A stretch of DNA of 64,000 bases, from contig OZ243916.1 of NCBI GenBank assembly GCA_965213675.1, forward strand, positions 3,712,001 to 3,776,000, given 5' to 3'. Positions 55,857 to 64,000 of the stretch are shown piece by piece; position 1 is the stretch's first letter; the number at the start of each line of letters is the position of its first letter. Source of the stretch: an uncultured Candidatus Binatia bacterium. Its GTDB lineage: Bacteria; Desulfobacterota; Binatia; UBA9968; JAJDTQ01. A model generated the notes under the pieces. It was not told where the DNA came from, did not search any database, and was given only the letters and a program-made list of their open reading frames with translations. A program made the translations under genes and the position numbers.

Positions 55857-56834
55857 ATGATACGCCGGTACGGTTTGGTGGTTTTGGCAGCGACCTTGCT
55901 GGTTTTGGCGGCCGCACAAGGCTCTCTGGCGGCCGATGCTGACAAATATCCGAACAAGACCATCACTTGGCTGATCAATGCGTCGCCGGGCGGTGGGTTC
56001 GACCTCCACAGCCGGGCGGTGGCCAAGGTGATGAGGAAGAAGCTCGGGGTCAATATCATCATCCGGAACGTGCCGGGGGCGGGGGGAATCATCTCGTGGA
56101 ACCTGCTCGCCAAGGCCAAGCCGGACGGCTACACCATCGGCATTGTCAACCTGCCCGGCGCCATCGTCAGCCAGTTGTTCAAGGAGACGCAATACAAGCT
56201 CAAGGAGTTCAGTTGGATAGGACGTATTTCCGCGGGCCAGTACGTCTGGGCGGCGGGAAAACAGTACAATCTCCGAACACTCCAGGATTTTCAGAACGCC
56301 GAGGAAGTGCTGATCACCGAGTCGGGTTACGGCACCACCGGCTGGGTTACCGCCGCGCTGACGGCGTCGACCATGAAGTTCAAGCCCAAATTCATCATGG
56401 GCTACGGCGGGGCTCCGGCCTCGAACATGGCGATTGTCCGCGGCGAAGGGCATGCCCGTGGCCTGGGGCTGGACTCACCGGGTCAGATGGCCTACGTCAA
56501 CGACGGATCGCTCGTCCCTACTTGGGTCTATCTTGACGAGCGCGACCCACGGCACCCGGACGTTCCCACGGTGGGCGAGCTCGGATTTCCTCAACTGAGT
56601 GTGTTGGCGGCCAGCCGTGTGGTGGCCGCGCCTCCGAAGACGCCGAAGGATCGCATGGCGGTCCTTATCAAGGCGTTCCGTGATGCCATTGAGGACCCCG
56701 AGACTCAGGCCGCGTTCAAGGGCATGAAAGCCAAGACGCTGCCCGTCTACGGCGACGACTGGCTGTCCGTGATGCAGACCCAGTTCGAACTGATCCAGGC
56801 CAACGCCGAAGTCTTCAAGAAGGCGCTCAAGTAG
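55857..56834 (+). CDS. Tripartite tricarboxylate transporter substrate-binding protein (TctC/Bug)
   Basis: YPNKTIT, PGGGFD, NVPGAGG, KPDGYTI, PDVPTVGELG, APPKTP. Confidence 0.92.
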   Translation: MIRRYGLVVLAATLLVLAAAQGSLAADADKYPNKTITWLINASPGGGFDLHSRAVAKVMRKKLGVNIIIRNVPGAGGIISWNLLAKAKPDGYTIGIVNLPGAIVSQLFKETQYKLKEFSWIGRISAGQYVWAAGKQYNLRTLQDFQNAEEVLITESGYGTTGWVTAALTASTMKFKPKFIMGYGGAPASNMAIVRGEGHARGLGLDSPGQMAYVNDGSLVPTWVYLDERDPRHPDVPTVGELGFPQLSVLAASRVVAAPPKTPKDRMAVLIKAFRDAIEDPETQAAFKGMKAKTLPVYGDDWLSVMQTQFELIQANAEVFKKALK

Positions 56835-56885
56835 CGCGCCGTACCGGCTTCGCCATGCCGCGCGGACGTCGGGGCGCTTGAAACG

Positions 56886-56921
56886 AAAGGGGCGAGCCTG
56901 TTGGTCAGGCTCGCCCCTTTT
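56886..56921 (+). terminator. Intrinsic terminator
   Basis: AAAGGGGCGAGCCTG-TTGGT-CAGGCTCGCCCCTTTT. Confidence 0.85.
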
Positions 56922-56978
56922 CTGCCTTGGCGCAAATGCTGCTAAGATTCCCGGCTCAAGTTTCTCAAGGAGGAGTTC

Positions 56979-57413
56979 ATGAAGATCGAAGGCAGCTATC
57001 AATTCAACGCGCCGCGCGAGCGCATCTGGGAGATATTGCAGGATCCCAAGGTCATGGCTCAGTGCATGCCCGGCTGTGAGGGCATGGAGGAGACCGCCCC
57101 GGACGAGTACGAAGCCACGGTCAAGGTCGGCATCGCCGCGGTCAAGGGTACCTACAAGGCCAAGGTCGCCATCAAGGACCGGCAGGCTCCGAGCCATTAC
57201 GTGTTGAGCGGCTCGGGCTCCGGCGGCCCGGGTTTCATGCAGGGGGACTTGGTCATCGACCTGGAGGAAAACGGCGACGCGGCGACCACGCTCCGCTACA
57301 GCACCGACGCCAAGATCGGCGGCCTCATCGCCGGCGTGGGCCAGCGCATGCTCGGGGGCGTCGGCAAGATGATGGTGAACCAGTTCTTCAAGAAGATGGA
57401 GGGGTTTGTCTAG
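56979..57413 (+). CDS. coxG: CoxG/SRPBCC family protein
   Basis: APRERIWEILQDP, CMPGCE, VGIAAVKGTY, GGLIAGVGQRM. Confidence 0.85.
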   Translation: MKIEGSYQFNAPRERIWEILQDPKVMAQCMPGCEGMEETAPDEYEATVKVGIAAVKGTYKAKVAIKDRQAPSHYVLSGSGSGGPGFMQGDLVIDLEENGDAATTLRYSTDAKIGGLIAGVGQRMLGGVGKMMVNQFFKKMEGFV

Positions 57414-57436
57414 GAGCCTGCGCCGCAGGCTCCTGG
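57410..57436. mobile_element. Minimal 27-bp TIR-only element at the coxG TAG stop
   Basis: CTAGGAGCCTGCG-C-CGCAGGCTCCTGG; the ends match those of the MITEs at 42059 and 45642. Confidence 0.55.
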
Positions 57437-57497
57437 GCTCTGGCCGGCGTTGCCGGGCGCCGGTGACGGTGAGCGCAAGCTCCTGGACGACAGGCGC

Positions 57498-58352
57498 GTG
57501 TCAGTCAGCGTAGTCATCCCCACCTGCAATCGCTGGCCGATGCTTCGGGATGCCGTAGACTCGGTGCTGGCGCAGACTACCAGCGATTACGAATTGATCG
57601 TCGTCGACGACGGCTCCACGGACGAGACCCCGCGCGCGCTGCGCGACTATGGCGCCCGGCTCACCGTGCTGACCCAGGATCGCGCGGGCGTGGCCGCGGC
57701 GCGGAACCTGGGAGCCTCCCGTGCTTCCGGCGCGCGCCTGGCGTTTCTGGACTCCGACGATCTCTGGCATCCGCGCAAGCTGCAAACGCAAGGCGACTTC
57801 ATGGACCGCAACCCGGAGGTCGCAATCTGCCAGACCGACGAGATCTGGATCCGCCGCGGCAAGCGCGTGAACCCCAGAGAGCGGCACCGCAAGCCGTCAG
57901 GGGATATCTTCCGCGCCAGCCTCGAACTCTGCCTGGTGAGCCCGTCGGCGGTGATGATGCGTCGGGATCTCTTCGAGCGGGCAAGAGGCTTCGATGCGTC
58001 CTTTCCCGTGTGCGAGGACTACGACCTGTGGCTGCGCATCTCCCGGGACACGGAGGTGCCACTCATTCCCGAGGCGCTGGTCACCAAACGGGGTGGGCAC
58101 GCGGACCAGCTATCCCGCTCCACCTGGGGGTTTGACCGCTATCGGGTCCAGGCCATCGCCAACCTCATCGAGGCCGGTCTCGACCCGGAGAAGGCCGGAT
58201 GGGCCTTGGAGGCCATGGCCAAAAAGGTTACGATTCTGGCTCGAGGGTTCCGCAAGCGCGGCAACGAAGCCATGGCGCGAGAGTACGAGGAGCGGCTGCG
58301 CCGGGCCGCCCGCTTTGGAGTCCCGAACGCGTATCGGGCGTTTCAGGGGTAG
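57498..58352 (+). CDS. Glycosyltransferase family 2
   Basis: SVVIPTCNR, VVDDGSTD, AARNLG, AFLDSDD, EDYDLWLR. Confidence 0.92.
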   Translation: MSVSVVIPTCNRWPMLRDAVDSVLAQTTSDYELIVVDDGSTDETPRALRDYGARLTVLTQDRAGVAAARNLGASRASGARLAFLDSDDLWHPRKLQTQGDFMDRNPEVAICQTDEIWIRRGKRVNPRERHRKPSGDIFRASLELCLVSPSAVMMRRDLFERARGFDASFPVCEDYDLWLRISRDTEVPLIPEALVTKRGGHADQLSRSTWGFDRYRVQAIANLIEAGLDPEKAGWALEAMAKKVTILARGFRKRGNEAMAREYEERLRRAARFGVPNAYRAFQG

Positions 58353-58468
58353 GGACGGGAAGTGACGGCGGGGCCGGGGGAATGACGGAAGAGGCGTGAC
58401 AGGAGAGGCGCCGGAGTGACGGAGGGCGGCGAAGGGCATTCTGGGTACGTCGTTGCTCGGAACCACCC

Positions 58469-59029
58469 GTGGATGAGATGGGACGGTACGAAGAAATCAC
58501 GGCCTACGGCCGGGAGCGCGGCATTCACGCCCAAGCCGTGGAGCGATGGCTGGCGCTCGGCGGGGAGGATCAGCGGGCGCTCCTGGAGCTCGCCCGCGGC
58601 CTTCGTCTCGGCGGCAACCACTTCAACGACTTCCTGGACTGGTGTGTGGAGATTTCGCTGCGGGACGTGTGCTCCGTCGCATCCGTCATCCACGGCAAGG
58701 AGTTGGCACCGACCCTGGCGGACAGCCGCATGAGCCGCAACGACAGGCTCAAGCACGCCAAGGAGGCCCTGCGGCGGCTCCGTTATCCGCGTTTGACCCG
58801 GGTCGAGGACGAGGTTCGCGGCCGGCTTCGGAGCCTGAAGCTAGATCCGCGCATCCGCATCACGGTGGCGCCGGGACTCGAAGGCGGACTCAAGGTGGAG
58901 TTGCAGGCTGGCGGCGTGGAAGCATTGGCCCGGCTGGCCCGGGAGGTGGAATCCCTGGCGGACGACGAAACCGCCCGGGAGGTGTTCGCGCTCATGGAGG
59001 GGAACGAGGGTGCAGGCGTATCGGCCTGA
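58469..59029 (+). CDS. Hypothetical helical protein overlapping the splB-like gene
   Basis: Open frame with typical GC-rich codon use; LRRLRYPRL...I..PGLEG; 20-nt overlap with the next gene. Confidence 0.7.
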   Translation: MDEMGRYEEITAYGRERGIHAQAVERWLALGGEDQRALLELARGLRLGGNHFNDFLDWCVEISLRDVCSVASVIHGKELAPTLADSRMSRNDRLKHAKEALRRLRYPRLTRVEDEVRGRLRSLKLDPRIRITVAPGLEGGLKVELQAGGVEALARLAREVESLADDETAREVFALMEGNEGAGVSA

Positions 59030-60137
59030 AAGGGTCCTCGTGGAGAGCGGCTCCGAGGAATCGGTCATCTTCGACAACCTCCGGAGGGCGCTGCCGGACG
59101 TGCCGTTCATCACGGTCCCGGATCCGCAACGCCACTGGGCGAATCTCGATGGCGGCGACGATCCCATCACCCGGGGCAAGCGCGACCTGCTGCTGGCGCG
59201 CCACAAGGGGAAGTTCCTCAAGGTATGCCCGGGTAGCGACGGTCAAGTCTGCTGCAACTACTTCATCATCAATTTCGCCAGCAACTGCCCCATGGACTGC
59301 AGCTACTGCTACCTGCAGGACTATCTCGCCGAGAACCCCGCCCTCAAGGTGTTCAGCAACGTCGACGACCTCGTGGCGGAAACACGGGACCTGCTGGCGA
59401 AGCACCGGGACTACTTCTTCCGCATCGGCACTGGCGAGATCACCGACAGCCTGGCGCTGGAGCCCCTCATCGGTTTCGCCGAGACCACGGTGCCGTTCTT
59501 CGCCGAGCAGCCCAACGTGCTGCTGGAGCTAAAGACCAAGAGCGACCACGTGGACGGCCTCCTGGGCCTCGACCCCAAGGAGCGGGTGGTGGTGTCGTGG
59601 TCCATGAACCCCCAAGCCGTCATCGACGCGGACGAGGGGCTCACCGCCTCGCTGGAAGAGCGTCTGGACGCCGCTTGGCGCTGCCAGCAGGCCGGCTACA
59701 AGCTGGGCTTCCATTTCGACCCCATGGTGGAGTACCCCGGCTGGGAGGAAGACTACCGCGACCTGCTGCACCAGATCTTCGTCCGCCTGGACCACCGGCG
59801 CATGGCCTGGACCAGCATGGGCGTCTTGCGCACCACCCCGTCACTGAAGCGCGTCATGCGCCAGCGCTTCCCCGCCACCCGCATCCTCTCCGGCGAGCAG
59901 GTCCCGTGCCCCGACGGCAAGATGCGCTACTTCCAGCCCCTCCGCGTCGCCATGTACCGCAAGATGCGCCAATGGATCCGCGAGGCCGCCCCGCTGGTGC
60001 CCATCTACCTCTGCATGGAGACGCGCGAGGTCTGGGACCAGGTCTTCGGCCACTTCCCGAGCTGCGGCAAGGAGTTGGGCAACGAACTGGTGGGCGCCGA
60101 ATCACGCGTCCGGAAGCCTGCGCCGCAAGTACCGTGA
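59010..60137 (+). CDS. Spore photoproduct lyase-like radical SAM protein
   Basis: CPG...CCNY, CPMDCSYCYLQ (CxxxCxxC), RIGTGEITDSL, LELKTKS, GFHFDP, YLCME. Confidence 0.88.
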   Translation: MQAYRPERVLVESGSEESVIFDNLRRALPDVPFITVPDPQRHWANLDGGDDPITRGKRDLLLARHKGKFLKVCPGSDGQVCCNYFIINFASNCPMDCSYCYLQDYLAENPALKVFSNVDDLVAETRDLLAKHRDYFFRIGTGEITDSLALEPLIGFAETTVPFFAEQPNVLLELKTKSDHVDGLLGLDPKERVVVSWSMNPQAVIDADEGLTASLEERLDAAWRCQQAGYKLGFHFDPMVEYPGWEEDYRDLLHQIFVRLDHRRMAWTSMGVLRTTPSLKRVMRQRFPATRILSGEQVPCPDGKMRYFQPLRVAMYRKMRQWIREAAPLVPIYLCMETREVWDQVFGHFPSCGKELGNELVGAESRVRKPAPQVP

Positions 60138-60196
60138 CCGGCCTGTAACCGTGACCGACCGCGACGGCGACCAATCGGTCGCCCTTACCCGGACGC

Positions 60197-60234
60197 GTAG
60201 CCTGCCGGGTTTTTCGAATCGTAGCGAAAGGCAG
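60197..60234 (+). mobile_element. Partial third copy of the 42059/45642 MITE end
   Basis: GTAGCCTGCCGGGTTTTTCGAATCGTAGCGAAAGGCAG compared with GGAGCCTGTCGGTTTTATCGAATCGTAGCGAGAGGCAG. Confidence 0.55.
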
Positions 60235-60365
60235 TCAAGGGAAACAGGCAGAGGACAGTTCCGGTATCAAGCTGGACATTCCACGTCCATTCGAGTCGCC
60301 TCACTTTTCGAGTCACGCCACTTCCTAAAATTGCAACTCGCCCCCGGAATCGCTATCCTGAAGGC

Positions 60366-63841
<3,476 letters not shown>

Positions 63842-63845
<4 letters not shown>

Positions 63846-64000
63846 AGGTTCCCACCGGCGTGCCCGGCTTCCGGTTCGCCGGAGTGGCATGCGGCATCAA
63901 GCAGAGCGGGCGCAACGACTTGGCGCTCATCGTCTCCGAGGGTCCGGCCGCCGCGGCCGCGGCGTTCACCCGGAACCGCATCAAGAGTCCGAGTATCACC
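63842..64000 (+). CDS. argJ: Ornithine acetyltransferase ArgJ, N-terminal part, truncated by the window end
   Basis: GTG start overlapping the secA stop; [23 protein letters not shown]...[11 protein letters not shown]. Confidence 0.85.

Noticed and set aside
58360-58430. Repeated (G/A)TGACGG motifs as a functional array
   Set aside because: Irregular spacing and short length; probably decayed REP-like ends.

Overview
GC-rich bacterial chromosomal segment. The gene content (Calx-beta proteins, many amidohydrolases, LLM oxidoreductase, orphan solute-binding proteins, AsmA, DUF4911, SplB-like) is reminiscent of Deltaproteobacteria/Binatia-type, possibly host- or sponge-associated lineages; this is inference only. 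Core genes: rnr, nfo, hflK/hflC, secA, the start of argJ, tRNA-Val(CAC) and a paaF-paaG-paaH(split)-paaJ-like beta-oxidation cluster with a divergent TetR. Highlights not visible in the ORF track: (1) a large Calx-beta surface protein running off the left edge, with 31 perfect copies of a 5-bp repeat inside its N-terminus (phase-variation switch, currently in frame); (2) a hidden CxxU AhpD/CMD-like selenoprotein with a SECIS-like hairpin; (3) a co-transcribed Tat-exported binding protein + output-less HAMP membrane sensor + OFA-type MFS transporter; (4) a coupled ATPase-nuclease + HExxH peptidase pair; (5) a family of CTAG-anchored MITE-like elements, often at TAG stop codons, two of which bracket a 3.7-kb cargo in inverted orientation; (6) SecA with a roughly 275-aa helical expansion of the VAR region. 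No CRISPR array, integrase or transposase was recognised.
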